Source of the DNA: Mageeibacillus sp. UBA5747
GTDB lineage: Bacteria > Bacillota > Clostridia > Saccharofermentanales > UBA5734
DNA length: 64,000 nt
Assembly: GCA_002419145.1 (NCBI GenBank)
Contig: DIFN01000081.1
Coordinates: forward strand, 10,054-74,053
Reading direction: 5' to 3'
Part shown: piece after piece, positions 44,987-54,384 of the stretch
How the letters are laid out: the number at the start of each line of letters is the position of its first letter
How positions within the stretch are numbered: the stretch's first letter is position 1
Notes under the pieces: generated by a model
What the model was told of the DNA's origin: nothing
Database searches by the model: none
The model's input: the letters and a program-made list of their open reading frames with translations, nothing else
Made by a program: the position numbers and the translations under genes

Positions 44987-45790
44987 TCAAGCCCCCATCC
45001 GGTTGCAATACTGGGTGGGGGTTTCTTGATAGTATTGGCGAAATGCCCGGTAGAAGGTGCGGATATTGTCAAATCCGGACTGCAAGGCTACGTCGATCTG
45101 TGGCTTGCCCTCGAGCAGTAGATTGGCTGCATAACGACAGCGCAGGCTGTTGAGATAGGCGGTCAGTGAGGTCTGAAAATTCTCGTTGAAAATATGGGAA
45201 AAGCGACTCTTGCTGTAGCCGAAATGACTGGCCAGGTGTGAGAGGTCGAGATCTTCCAGGAAATGTTCCTGCAGGTAAGTCAGGACATCACGGACCAGGA
45301 CACTGGTCTGGTCCGCTGCTGCGTCGACCAGATGCCCCATTTCGAGACAGAGCCCCACAGCAACTTGGACATAGCCGCGGTAGATGGTGGTGTCCGGTGC
45401 ATAGCGGCCGCTGGCCAGGATTTCCAGAATGTGCAGCAGTTCACTAGGGCTTTGATCATCGTTGATCACATTCTGGGCAAACGTTTTCTTCATGAGTTGA
45501 TTTTTGAAGGCAGGGATGTAGTCAAGGGGTACGATCAGCAGCAGGGTGTCTGATTCTGTTTCAGTAGAGAAATGGTGCACGGCGTAGGTCGGAACGAGCA
45601 CGACTTGTCCTGGCAAGACTGTGACTGTCTTGCCGTTGAGCGTTGCTTTCATTTCACCGTCGCGAACGTAAATGATTTCCAGATTGCTGTGAAAATGCGG
45701 CAGGCAATGGTTGTTGGGATAATCCCAGCAAACCGGCAAGCGATCTGAGTCGCGGGTGTATTCATACGTACCGGTGGTCGGTTTTTTCAT
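44987..45790 (-). CDS. AraC family transcriptional regulator (cupin sensor plus two HTH motifs)
   Basis: An N-terminal cupin-like region (HFHSNLEIIYVRDGE) and a C-terminal AraC HTH (FGYSKSRFSHIFNENF...IRTFYRAFRQYY). Confidence 0.85.
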   Translation of the reverse strand: MKKPTTGTYEYTRDSDRLPVCWDYPNNHCLPHFHSNLEIIYVRDGEMKATLNGKTVTVLPGQVVLVPTYAVHHFSTETESDTLLLIVPLDYIPAFKNQLMKKTFAQNVINDDQSPSELLHILEILASGRYAPDTTIYRGYVQVAVGLCLEMGHLVDAAADQTSVLVRDVLTYLQEHFLEDLDLSHLASHFGYSKSRFSHIFNENFQTSLTAYLNSLRCRYAANLLLEGKPQIDVALQSGFDNIRTFYRAFRQYYQETPTQYCNRMGA

Positions 45791-45979
45791 GGTGGGCTCC
45801 CTGCTCCAAACCTAGCGAAATTTGTCACTCGATGTTCATATTTTAGCACGACTTTGCCCTGGCGCATTCCTATACTGATTGTAACAGTAGAAGTCCTGGC
45901 TCCGTTGTGGGAACCATTTGCCTCACAAGCTCCAGTCAGTCATGTAAATCAGTCATGTAAAATAGAAGGAGAACACCGT

Positions 45980-47056
45980 ATGAGCACCATCAAAGCAGGA
46001 ATCATCGGCTGTGGCGGAATCGCCACCAATAAGCATATGCCCTCGATCAAGGAACTCGGTGGCATCGACCTGGTAGCATTTTGTGACATCGTCGAGGCCC
46101 GGGCTGTCAAGGCGAAGGCTGATTTTGGTACAGCCGATGCCCTCGTCTGCAGCGATTACAAGGACCTGGTGGACCTCGATCTCGATGTGGTCTATGTCTG
46201 CACGCCAAACCGTTCCCATGCTGAGATTACGATCGCGGCCCTGCAGGCTGGCAAGCATGTCCTGTGCGAGAAGCCGATGGCGATGAACTATGCTGAGGCC
46301 GAGGCGATGATCGCGGCCCAGAAAGAGAGTGGCAAGATCCTGACGATTGCATACCAGAACCGCTTCCGTCCGGACAGCCAGTACCTGAAAAAAGAATGCG
46401 AAGAGGGCGTGCTGGGCGAGATTTACTATGCCAAGGCCAAGGCACTGCGCCGTCGTGCCGTACCGACCTGGGGCGTTTTCCTCAATGAGTTTGAGCAGGG
46501 TGGCGGGCCACTGATCGATATCGGCACCCACGCGCTCGACCTGACCCTCTGGATGATGGACAATTACGACCCCCATTATGTGGTTGGCACCACATATCAC
46601 AAACTCAACCAGGATACAGCGCCTGGCAATGTCTTTGGCCCCTGGGACCCCAAGGCCTTCACCGTTGAGGACAGTGCTTTCGGCTTTATCGTCATGAAAA
46701 ATGGTGCCACCATCAGTCTTGAATCGAGCTGGGCCTTGAATATGATCGATGCCACTGAAGCCCGCACCACCTTGTGTGGCACCAAGGCCGGCGCCGACAT
46801 GGATGACAGCTTGCGCATCAACGGCGTCCGTCACGACCGGATGTATATCACCAAGCCATTGCTCGAAGCCGGCGAGGTGGCCTTTTTCGAAGGCGACGCC
46901 ATGAAAGACCGCGTCCTCGAGCAAAAATGCTTCATCGAAGCCGTCCAGGGCCAAGGCAAACTGACTGTGCTGCCCGAGCAAGCTGCCGTTGTCACCCGCA
47001 TCCTCGAAGCCATTTACGAGTCCGCCAAGACCGGCCGTCCCGTTTATTTCGACTGA
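45980..47056 (+). CDS. Gfo/Idh/MocA family oxidoreductase
   Basis: IKAGIIGCGGIATNKHMP Rossmann N-terminus and the EKPMA motif. The ATG at 45980 follows GAAGGAG. Confidence 0.85.
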   Translation: MSTIKAGIIGCGGIATNKHMPSIKELGGIDLVAFCDIVEARAVKAKADFGTADALVCSDYKDLVDLDLDVVYVCTPNRSHAEITIAALQAGKHVLCEKPMAMNYAEAEAMIAAQKESGKILTIAYQNRFRPDSQYLKKECEEGVLGEIYYAKAKALRRRAVPTWGVFLNEFEQGGGPLIDIGTHALDLTLWMMDNYDPHYVVGTTYHKLNQDTAPGNVFGPWDPKAFTVEDSAFGFIVMKNGATISLESSWALNMIDATEARTTLCGTKAGADMDDSLRINGVRHDRMYITKPLLEAGEVAFFEGDAMKDRVLEQKCFIEAVQGQGKLTVLPEQAAVVTRILEAIYESAKTGRPVYFD

Positions 47057-47142
47057 GCAAAAATGATCTGAAACGAAGCTGTTTTTATTTTTTGCCGAAA
47101 TTGGGACGGCGTCCCAATTTCGGCACAATTGGAGGATTGATT

Positions 47143-48108
47143 ATGAAATTAGGTGTTTTTACGGTCATTCTTGGTGATTTGCCGCTGGATCAGGCTTTGG
47201 CATATCTGAAATCCCAGGGTGTGCAAGAAGTGGAGATTGGCGTGGGCGGCAATCCGGGCACGGCCCATGGCGATGCGAAGAAATTTCTCGCCGAGCCGGC
47301 GGAACTGGAGAAGTTCAAGGCGACGGTCGATGCGTCGGGTCTAAAGATTGCCGCCTTGTCGGTGCATGGCAATCCGGTCCACCCGAATGCTGAGATTGCC
47401 CGTCAGGATCATGAGGATTTCGAAGCTGCTGTTCTGGTGGCAGAGAAGCTCGGGGTCAAGACCGTCGTTACTTTCTCAGGTTGCCCCGGTGACTCCGACA
47501 CGGCTACTTACCCGAATTGGGTGGTTGCTTCCTGGCCGACCGAACACCAGATTGTCAAGGAATGGCAGTGGAATGAAAAGCTGATCCCCTACTGGAAGAA
47601 GGCTGGAAAATTTGCCGAGGATCACGGTGTCCGGATCGCGATTGAGATGCATCCCGGTTTTAATGTATACAATCCATCGACTCTGCTTCGTCTGCGCGAA
47701 GCGGTCGGACCGGTGATCGGTGCCAATTTCGACCCTTCCCATCTGTTCTGGCAGCAGATCGACCCGGTCACCGCCATCCGTGCACTCAAGGGCGCGATCC
47801 ATCATTTCCATGCCAAGGATACCAGGATCGACCCCTCCAACTGTGCACTCAAAGGTGTCCTCGAGACCAGCAAGCTGGACAGCCTCGGCGAACGCCCCTG
47901 GATTTTCCGTTCAGTCGGCTATGGTCATGGCGAGGAGACCTGGCGTGCCATTTTTTCCGAATTGCGCCTGGCCGGCTACAACGGTATCATCTCGATCGAG
48001 CACGAAGACGGCCTGATGACCCCCAAGGAAGGTTTGGAAAAGGCCATCGAAGTCTTAAAGCGCACGATCATTTTCGAAGACGACCAAGTCAATATGTTCT
48101 GGGCCTGA
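47143..48108 (+). CDS. Sugar phosphate isomerase/epimerase (xylose isomerase-like TIM barrel)
   Basis: MKLGVFTVILGDLPLDQAL..., then IAIEMHPG and ISIEHED metal-site motifs typical of AP_endonuc_2/TIM barrels. Confidence 0.85.
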   Translation: MKLGVFTVILGDLPLDQALAYLKSQGVQEVEIGVGGNPGTAHGDAKKFLAEPAELEKFKATVDASGLKIAALSVHGNPVHPNAEIARQDHEDFEAAVLVAEKLGVKTVVTFSGCPGDSDTATYPNWVVASWPTEHQIVKEWQWNEKLIPYWKKAGKFAEDHGVRIAIEMHPGFNVYNPSTLLRLREAVGPVIGANFDPSHLFWQQIDPVTAIRALKGAIHHFHAKDTRIDPSNCALKGVLETSKLDSLGERPWIFRSVGYGHGEETWRAIFSELRLAGYNGIISIEHEDGLMTPKEGLEKAIEVLKRTIIFEDDQVNMFWA

Positions 48109-48139
48109 TCCTTTCGGCTCAACAGGAGATAGGAAAAAC

Positions 48140-49189
48140 ATGCATACAGTTGGCATTATTGGTTACGGTGGCATGGGCGAATGGCACGGCCGGCAGCTGC
48201 TGACCATCCAGGAAGAATTCAAACTGGCCGCCGTCCATGACATCAATCCAACCCGCAATGAGCTTGCTCTCACAGCGGGGATCAAGGCCTATGGCACACT
48301 CAGGGAGATCCTGGCAGACAAGACGATCGAGACGGTGATTCTTGCTGTGCCGAACAATTTCCACAAGGACCTGTCGATTACCGCCCTCAAGGCGGGCAAG
48401 CATGTGATCTGTGAAAAACCGGTCATGATGAACACGGCTGACCTGGAAGCAGTTCTTGCTGTCAGCAAAGAAACCGGCCAGGCCTTTTCCGTGCACCAGA
48501 ACCGGCGCTGGGACCGCGATTACCTGATCGTCAAAAAGCTTTTGGCCGAAGGCATAATCGGCCAGCCTTTTTACATCGAATCACGAGTCCAAGGCTCCAA
48601 AGGCATCCCGGGTGACTGGCGCTGTGAAAAAATCGCTGGCGGTGGCATGCTGTTCGACTGGGGTGTACACTTGATCGACCAGATGCTGCAACTGGTCGAC
48701 AGCCCCGTGGTCGATGTCTATGCGCACCTGCTGTCCGTTAAATTCCCCGGCGTCGACGACAATTTCAAGCTGATCCTGCGCTTTGCCAACAATGTTTCGG
48801 CCTTGGTCGAGGTCGACACCTATACCTTCATCAATTTGCCGCGCTGGCATGTGTCTGGCACCAGCGGCACCGCCCAAGTCGACGATTTTGCCTGTCATGG
48901 CAAGATCGCCAAGGCCAACACCTTGTCTGTGCACTGGGATGAGGGCATCGTCTACACCGAGGCAGGCCCGACTCGGACCATGGCGCCGCGCGCCAAGGAA
49001 TCGATCGAGGAGCTGCCTCTGCCCCTGGTCACCAGCGATGCCAAGGACTACTACCGCCAGTTTGCCACAGCCATCAAGCGCGGCACCCCTCTGCCGGTGA
49101 CCGAGCAGCAGATGCTGCGCGTCATGAAAGTGATCGATGCTGCTTTTGAATCAGAAACCAAGCGCCAGTCGATTACAGTCAACATCTAA
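48140..49189 (+). CDS. Gfo/Idh/MocA family oxidoreductase (second copy, divergent)
   Basis: VGIIGYGGMGEWH Rossmann motif and the ICEKPV motif. Confidence 0.85.
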   Translation: MHTVGIIGYGGMGEWHGRQLLTIQEEFKLAAVHDINPTRNELALTAGIKAYGTLREILADKTIETVILAVPNNFHKDLSITALKAGKHVICEKPVMMNTADLEAVLAVSKETGQAFSVHQNRRWDRDYLIVKKLLAEGIIGQPFYIESRVQGSKGIPGDWRCEKIAGGGMLFDWGVHLIDQMLQLVDSPVVDVYAHLLSVKFPGVDDNFKLILRFANNVSALVEVDTYTFINLPRWHVSGTSGTAQVDDFACHGKIAKANTLSVHWDEGIVYTEAGPTRTMAPRAKESIEELPLPLVTSDAKDYYRQFATAIKRGTPLPVTEQQMLRVMKVIDAAFESETKRQSITVNI

Positions 49190-49234
49190 GTCACTGCCGC
49201 ATACCAGCTGTCAAAATTGATCCGAGGAGGTCCC

Positions 49235-49963
49235 ATGGCCCAGCTTGCCCTCCAACTTTACACCTTGCGTGACAGTTACCAAACACCTGCAGAATTTTCC
49301 AGCCTGCTGGCCCAAGTCAAGTCACTAGGCTTTGCTGGGGTCGAGCTGGCCGGATCAGGTGGTATGTCCGCCGATAAACTCAAGGCACGTCTGGATGAAC
49401 TGGGCCTGGATGCTGTCTGCAGCCACGAGATGCCGGATCGTCTGGCGAATCATCTGGACGAGGTCATCGCCTTTCACCAGTCGATTGGCTGCAACAAAAT
49501 CGCCATTGCCTGGTCGCCGGCAGCCAGTGCAGAAGACCTGGCCCAGCTTTTTGCTGTAGTTGCGCAGGCAAAGCCCGCACTCGCCGCTGCCGGGATCGAG
49601 CTCTTGTACCATAACCATGACCATGAGTTCAATACGATTGGATCTGAGCGGGCGATTGAGCAGATTGCCCACCATCTGGCCCTGGAGGTTGACACGTACT
49701 GGGTCTTTGCAGCTGGTCAGGATGTCACGGCCTGGCTGATGGCACACCAGGACCAGATCCGCCTCTTGCACATCAAAGATGGCGACCGGGAACGGCACCC
49801 CTGTGCCTTGGGCGAGGGTGAAAATTCAATCGAAGCCATTCTCGCTGCGGCTGAGCGCCTCGGGATCGAGTGGCTGATCGTGGAAAATGACAACCCGGTC
49901 CCGGATGGTCTGTCAGATGTGGCTCGCAGCATGGCCTACCTGAAATCAGTCGGTCGGCTCTGA
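49235..49963 (+). CDS. Sugar phosphate isomerase/epimerase (TIM barrel, short form)
   Basis: LALQLYTLRD..., YHNHDHEF, LHIKD and VENDNP motifs. GAGGAGG RBS before the ATG at 49235. Confidence 0.8.
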   Translation: MAQLALQLYTLRDSYQTPAEFSSLLAQVKSLGFAGVELAGSGGMSADKLKARLDELGLDAVCSHEMPDRLANHLDEVIAFHQSIGCNKIAIAWSPAASAEDLAQLFAVVAQAKPALAAAGIELLYHNHDHEFNTIGSERAIEQIAHHLALEVDTYWVFAAGQDVTAWLMAHQDQIRLLHIKDGDRERHPCALGEGENSIEAILAAAERLGIEWLIVENDNPVPDGLSDVARSMAYLKSVGRL

Positions 49964-49976
49964 TAAACCAGTTGAA

Positions 49977-50025
49977 CCAAGAAAAGGCGGTATGGGATAA
50001 CCAGACCGCCTTTTCCTGGTTTTTG
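49977..50025. terminator. Bidirectional terminator between the convergent sugar cluster and zur
   Basis: CCAAGAAAAGGCGGT-13 nt loop-ACCGCCTTTTCCTGG is a 15-bp stem with one mismatch. It is flanked by T-runs on both strands. Confidence 0.7.
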
Positions 50026-50034
50026 CCAGGCTGC

Positions 50035-50442
50035 TCACGCATGACTGGACTTTTCGGTGGCCAGCTTTTTCTGGCAATCTGGGCACAAGCCATACAAATT
50101 GATTTCATGATAGGTGATTTTATACCCCGAGGCCGTCTCGAGCTGTTGCTGGATCTGGTGCAAGGGACAGGTCGGCACAGCTTCGCGCCGGCCGCAGGCG
50201 GTACAAACCAGATGGTGATGGTGGACCAGGCCAGCCTGTTCAAAACGGGCCAGGCCATCTTGGAAACGGATCTGCTGGCACAAGCCCATCTCTAGCATTT
50301 TCTCCAACGTGCGGTACACCGTAGAGAGGGCCAGAGACGGGTCTTGCAGATGGGCCTGCTGCATGATTTCTTCGGCTGAAAGTGGGTTTGCAGCCTGATT
50401 GATAATCTCGAGCAGGACTTTTCGTTGCCGGGTCATGCGCAT
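50035..50442 (-). CDS. zur: Fur family transcriptional repressor, probably Zur
   Basis: Winged-helix N-terminus, HHHLVC.ACG and C..C metal sites. It is divergent from a znuABC-type operon. Confidence 0.8.
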   Translation of the reverse strand: MRMTRQRKVLLEIINQAANPLSAEEIMQQAHLQDPSLALSTVYRTLEKMLEMGLCQQIRFQDGLARFEQAGLVHHHHLVCTACGRREAVPTCPLHQIQQQLETASGYKITYHEINLYGLCPDCQKKLATEKSSHA

Positions 50443-50487
50443 AAAGTCCCCTCCTGGAATTGACAGGTGTTTCTGAGATCATTATAA

Positions 50488-50516
50488 TTCTAAATGCAAA
50501 TTACTTGCAACTAGAA
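50488..50516. promoter_or_regulatory. Candidate Zur operator: 29-bp imperfect palindrome TTCTAAATGCAA-ATTAC-TTGCAACTAGAA
   Basis: The arms are reverse complements at 11 of 12 positions. The site is AT-rich and lies in the zur/znuA divergent promoter region. Confidence 0.4.
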
Positions 50517-50568
50517 ACCATCTGGCATCACGCCTGATCGCTCGATTTTACACCACTGCTCCGGAGGC

Positions 50569-51477
50569 ATGAAACTTATGAGACCCAACCTAAAACCGCG
50601 CGCCCTGCGCTTGACCATAACGCTTTTAGTGACGACCATGCTGGTCTTAAGCCTGACCGCCTGCCAGGCCGCACCAGCTACGACCACCAAAGACACACGG
50701 ACGTATGTGACCTCGCTCTACCCGATGTATGTGGCAGCCCTGAACCTGACCTCCGGCATAGCCGGCGTCGAGGTCGTTAACATGACCGGTACGATCACGG
50801 GGTGTCTGCATGACTACCAGCTGTCCCCAGGAGAACTCACGACCATCGAAACGGCGGATGCCTTTATCTACAATGGTGCTGATCTGGAGAGCTATCTCGA
50901 CCAGGTCACCGCCAATTACCCGGATCTGCCGCTGATCAATGCCAGTGCCGGAATCGAACTGCTCGATGCAAACCCCCATGTCTGGGTTTCGGTCAGCCTG
51001 ATGATCCGCCAGGTCGAGACCATTGCCCAAGGGATGGCCGAGCTGGATCCGGCCAATCGCGAGGCCTATCTTGCTAACGCCCAGACATACACAGAGAAAC
51101 TTTCAGCCTTGCGCGATGACCTGCATGCAGCCATCGACCCGCTGCCTAAGCGCGACATCGTGACCTTCCATGAGGCGTTTCCCTATTTTGCCCAGGAATT
51201 CAACCTCAACATCGCGGCTGTCGTGGAGCGCGAGCCGGACTCTCAACCCAGCGCTGCGGAACTGGCCCAGACGATAAGCCTGATCCGGGATTTGAAAATC
51301 CAGGCCATTTTCGTCGAGCCCCAGTATGCTGCCGATACAGCTCAGACCATCGCACGCGAAACCGGCGTGCCGGTCTATACCTTGGACCCAGCTTCCAGCG
51401 GACCCCTGGGCGATCCCGATGCCTATCTCACCATCATGCGGCAAAATGGCGAGGTCCTGAAACAGGCACTCCGCTGA
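50569..51477 (+). CDS. znuA: Metal (Zn/Mn) ABC transporter substrate-binding lipoprotein, ZnuA/TroA family
   Basis: Lipobox LSLTAC, and a cluster-9 SBP pattern (..H.Y.LSP......ADAFIYNGA.LE...FHEAF.YFA..F.L). Confidence 0.85.
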   Translation: MKLMRPNLKPRALRLTITLLVTTMLVLSLTACQAAPATTTKDTRTYVTSLYPMYVAALNLTSGIAGVEVVNMTGTITGCLHDYQLSPGELTTIETADAFIYNGADLESYLDQVTANYPDLPLINASAGIELLDANPHVWVSVSLMIRQVETIAQGMAELDPANREAYLANAQTYTEKLSALRDDLHAAIDPLPKRDIVTFHEAFPYFAQEFNLNIAAVVEREPDSQPSAAELAQTISLIRDLKIQAIFVEPQYAADTAQTIARETGVPVYTLDPASSGPLGDPDAYLTIMRQNGEVLKQALR

Positions 51478-51530
51478 TGTCCCACCAACCCATTGGCCAA
51501 TCTGGCCTGATAAATGAGAAATGAGACTCC

Positions 51531-52307
51531 ATGAGCGAATTGAATTCCGAATCCAGTGCCTGTGGCGGCAAACATCCATTGCACCAGCTCAAGGTTGAGC
51601 ACCTTTCCGTTGTGCGCGATGGTCAGACCATCCTCCATGACATCAGCCTGACCTTGCATTGTGGCGAAATTATCGCCCTGGTCGGGCCGAACGGGGGAGG
51701 GAAAAGCACTCTGTTAAAAGCGATCGTCGGTGAGCTGCCGTACACGGGGGGAGTGATTTTCAAAGATATTCACGGAGAAGCCTTCGTCCAGCCCAAGGTG
51801 GGCTACCTGATGCAGCACCTCGAATACGATCGCCAATCGCCTCTGTCTGTCGCCGATCTTTTGTGCGCCAACCGCAGCCGCTGGCCGGTCTTTCTCGGTC
51901 ACCGCCCGAAAATCCGCAAAGCAGTTCTGGAGCTTTTGCAGCAAGTCAAGGCGGAGCATTTGATTGACAAACCTCTGGGTGGCCTGTCTGGCGGTGAGCT
52001 GCAGCGCGTGCTGCTGGCTCTGGCCCTGGATCCGCTGCCCGATATCCTGCTTTTGGACGAGCCGGTCTCAGCCCTCGACAAAGATGGCAAACAGCTTTTC
52101 TACGAGCTGGTCCGAGACCTGCGCGATCGTTACGATTTGCTCACCCTGATCGTCTCCCATGACCTCGACATCATTTCCCAGTTTGCCGATTCGGTTGTCT
52201 ATCTGAACCGGACAATCCAGGCTGCGGGACCGATGCAGGAGATCCTGGCCAGTGGCCAATTTCTGGATGCCTTTGAACCTTTGCGCGTCGAAGGGAGGCG
52301 TACCTGA
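51531..52307 (+). CDS. znuC: Metal ABC transporter ATP-binding protein
   Basis: Walker A GPNGGGKST, signature LSGGELQRV, Walker B LLLDEP. Confidence 0.85.
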   Translation: MSELNSESSACGGKHPLHQLKVEHLSVVRDGQTILHDISLTLHCGEIIALVGPNGGGKSTLLKAIVGELPYTGGVIFKDIHGEAFVQPKVGYLMQHLEYDRQSPLSVADLLCANRSRWPVFLGHRPKIRKAVLELLQQVKAEHLIDKPLGGLSGGELQRVLLALALDPLPDILLLDEPVSALDKDGKQLFYELVRDLRDRYDLLTLIVSHDLDIISQFADSVVYLNRTIQAAGPMQEILASGQFLDAFEPLRVEGRRT

Positions 52308-53134
52308 TGGACACCTCCTGGCTCGCGGTCCTGCCCCTGCCCTTTCTCCAGTATGAATTCATGCGCAATGCCTTCCTTGGCATCCTCCTGATCGCGCCGC
52401 TGTTTGGCCTTTCAGGCACGCTGGTGGTCAGCAACCGCCTGTCGTTCTACTCCGACGCTCTGGGTCATTCGGCCTTGGCCGGCATTGCCATCGGCACCCT
52501 GATCGGTCTTGAAAATCCCATTGCTGCCCTGATCATTTTTTCCATTTTGTTCGGCCTGGCGATCACAGCGGTGAAAAACCGCGGCCGGGCTTCGACTGAC
52601 ACCATCCTGGGCATTTTCTCTGCCTCAGCGGTGGCACTGGGCATCGCCCTGCTCTCCCGGCGGGGCGGCTTTGCCAAATACAACCGCTACCTGGTCGGAG
52701 ATTTGCTCTCGATCCAGCCGGGTGACCTGCTTCTGCTGGGAGCTGTTTTGCTGGTCCTGGTCGTGTTCTGGTCCCTGGCCTACAATTCGTTGATGATCTT
52801 TTCCATCAATCCGGCTCTGGCGCGCAGCAAGGGCATCCGGGTCCGCCTGGTTGAAAATGCTTTCATGGTGATCATCGCCATTCTGGTAGCCCTGTCGATC
52901 CAATGGGTTGGCACCCTGCTGATCAATGCCCTGCTGATCCTTCCGGCTTCCGCTGCCCGCAACATAGCCCGTGACGTCCGGCAGTTCCATATCCTGTCCC
53001 TCCTGTTTGCCTGGATCAGCGGCATCAGCGGCCTGATTTTGTCGTATTACCTTGACATGGCTTCCGGAGCGACCATCGTCCTATGCAGCGCCGCCTTGTT
53101 TGCCCTGACCTATGCTTTTACCGAGAAGCGCTGA
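52307..53134 (+). CDS. znuB: Metal ABC transporter permease
   Basis: ABC-3 family pattern (FMRNAFLG....G..G...V.NR.SF..DALSH). Polytopic. Its start abuts the znuC stop. Confidence 0.85.
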   Translation: MDTSWLAVLPLPFLQYEFMRNAFLGILLIAPLFGLSGTLVVSNRLSFYSDALGHSALAGIAIGTLIGLENPIAALIIFSILFGLAITAVKNRGRASTDTILGIFSASAVALGIALLSRRGGFAKYNRYLVGDLLSIQPGDLLLLGAVLLVLVVFWSLAYNSLMIFSINPALARSKGIRVRLVENAFMVIIAILVALSIQWVGTLLINALLILPASAARNIARDVRQFHILSLLFAWISGISGLILSYYLDMASGATIVLCSAALFALTYAFTEKR

Positions 53135-53232
53135 TTGGTGATTCGACCGAGTCTGGCCTGCCCTTGACTCTCACGTCCTTGACTCTCACGCTGGCTATAG
53201 GCCGATCTGCGACCCGGACCGACCCAGACATG

Positions 53233-53271
53233 AAAAAGCCATCCCCAGATTGTTGGTCCGGGGGATGGCTT
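53233..53271 (-). terminator. Rho-independent terminator after ilvC
   Basis: AAGCCATCCCC...GGGGATGGCTT is an 11-bp stem. On the minus strand it is followed by TTTTT. Confidence 0.65.
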
Positions 53272-53322
53272 GAGGTGGTGGGTGGTGCGCCATGCCTGGC
53301 GCTTTACTTGGCGATGCGGTGA

Positions 53323-54324
53323 TCAGACTTCGATTTCGTTGTTCCAGCTCATCATGGCACGCAGCTCACGGCCAACCTGCTCAACCTGGTGCTCGGTCTC
53401 GAGACGGCGGCGAGAGAGGAAGTTGGGGCGACCAGCCTGATTCTCGAGGATCCAGTTGCGGGCAAAAACACCTTCCTGAATTTCCTTGAGGACTTTGCGC
53501 ATTTCATTTTTGGTGTCCTCTGTGATGATGCGGCGGCCGACCATGTAATCGCCGTATTCGGCGGTGTCACTGACGGAGTAGCGCATCAGGGTCAGACCAC
53601 CCTGAGCGATCATGTCGACAATCAGCTTGACTTCGTGGACACATTCATAATAGGCATTTTCCGGGTCGTAGCCAGCTTCGACGAGAACTTCGAAGCCCGC
53701 TTTCATCAGCTCGGAGACACCGCCGCACAGGACAGCTTGTTCGCCAAAGAGGTCAGTTTCGGTTTCTTCGCGGAAGGTGGTGCCCAAAAGGCCACCGCGG
53801 GCACAGCCAATCCCGTAGCCATAATCAAATGCGATGTCCTGGGCCTTGCCAGTGGCATCCTGATAGACAGCGAAGAGGCCGGGAACACCACGGCCCTGCT
53901 GGTACTGGAAGCGGACAGTGTGGCCGGGGCCTTTAGGTGCAATGAGGACAACGTCGACGTCGGCCGGCGGCACGATGCGATTGAAATGGATGTTGAAGCC
54001 ATGAGCAAAGGCCAGGGTTTTGCCGGCGGTCAAGTGCGGCTTGATGCTCTTTTCATAGAGTTCCGGCTGCTTTTCGTCGTTGATCAGGATCATGATCATG
54101 TCAGCCATGGCGGCGGCTTCCGCGGCAGTGGTCACTTTCAGGCCGGCTGCTTCAGCTTTGGCCCAGGATTTGCTGCCTTCGTACAGGCCGACGACAACAT
54201 TAAATCCGCTCTCATGCAGGTTTAAAGCATGAGCATGGCCTTGGCTGCCGTAGCCGATGATGGCGATGGTCTTGCCGTCGAGGGCATGGGTGCGGCATTC
54301 GTCGATTTTGTAAATTTTCTTCAT
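53323..54324 (-). CDS. ilvC: Ketol-acid reductoisomerase (class I)
   Basis: [17 protein letters not shown], a knotted C-terminal domain, 333 aa. Confidence 0.95.
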   Translation of the reverse strand: MKKIYKIDECRTHALDGKTIAIIGYGSQGHAHALNLHESGFNVVVGLYEGSKSWAKAEAAGLKVTTAAEAAAMADMIMILINDEKQPELYEKSIKPHLTAGKTLAFAHGFNIHFNRIVPPADVDVVLIAPKGPGHTVRFQYQQGRGVPGLFAVYQDATGKAQDIAFDYGYGIGCARGGLLGTTFREETETDLFGEQAVLCGGVSELMKAGFEVLVEAGYDPENAYYECVHEVKLIVDMIAQGGLTLMRYSVSDTAEYGDYMVGRRIITEDTKNEMRKVLKEIQEGVFARNWILENQAGRPNFLSRRRLETEHQVEQVGRELRAMMSWNNEIEV

Positions 54325-54384
54325 GATCTTCCTCCTTGGGTATTTGACGTTACAATCGTTTGTTGAGATGTGACTGGATGGGAT

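Noticed and set aside
45953-47128. 391-aa minus-strand ORF opposite the first Gfo/Idh/MocA gene
   Set aside because: It is an antisense shadow ORF. The sense strand has a Rossmann GxGxxG N-terminus and the EKP motif, and the antisense product has nothing comparable.
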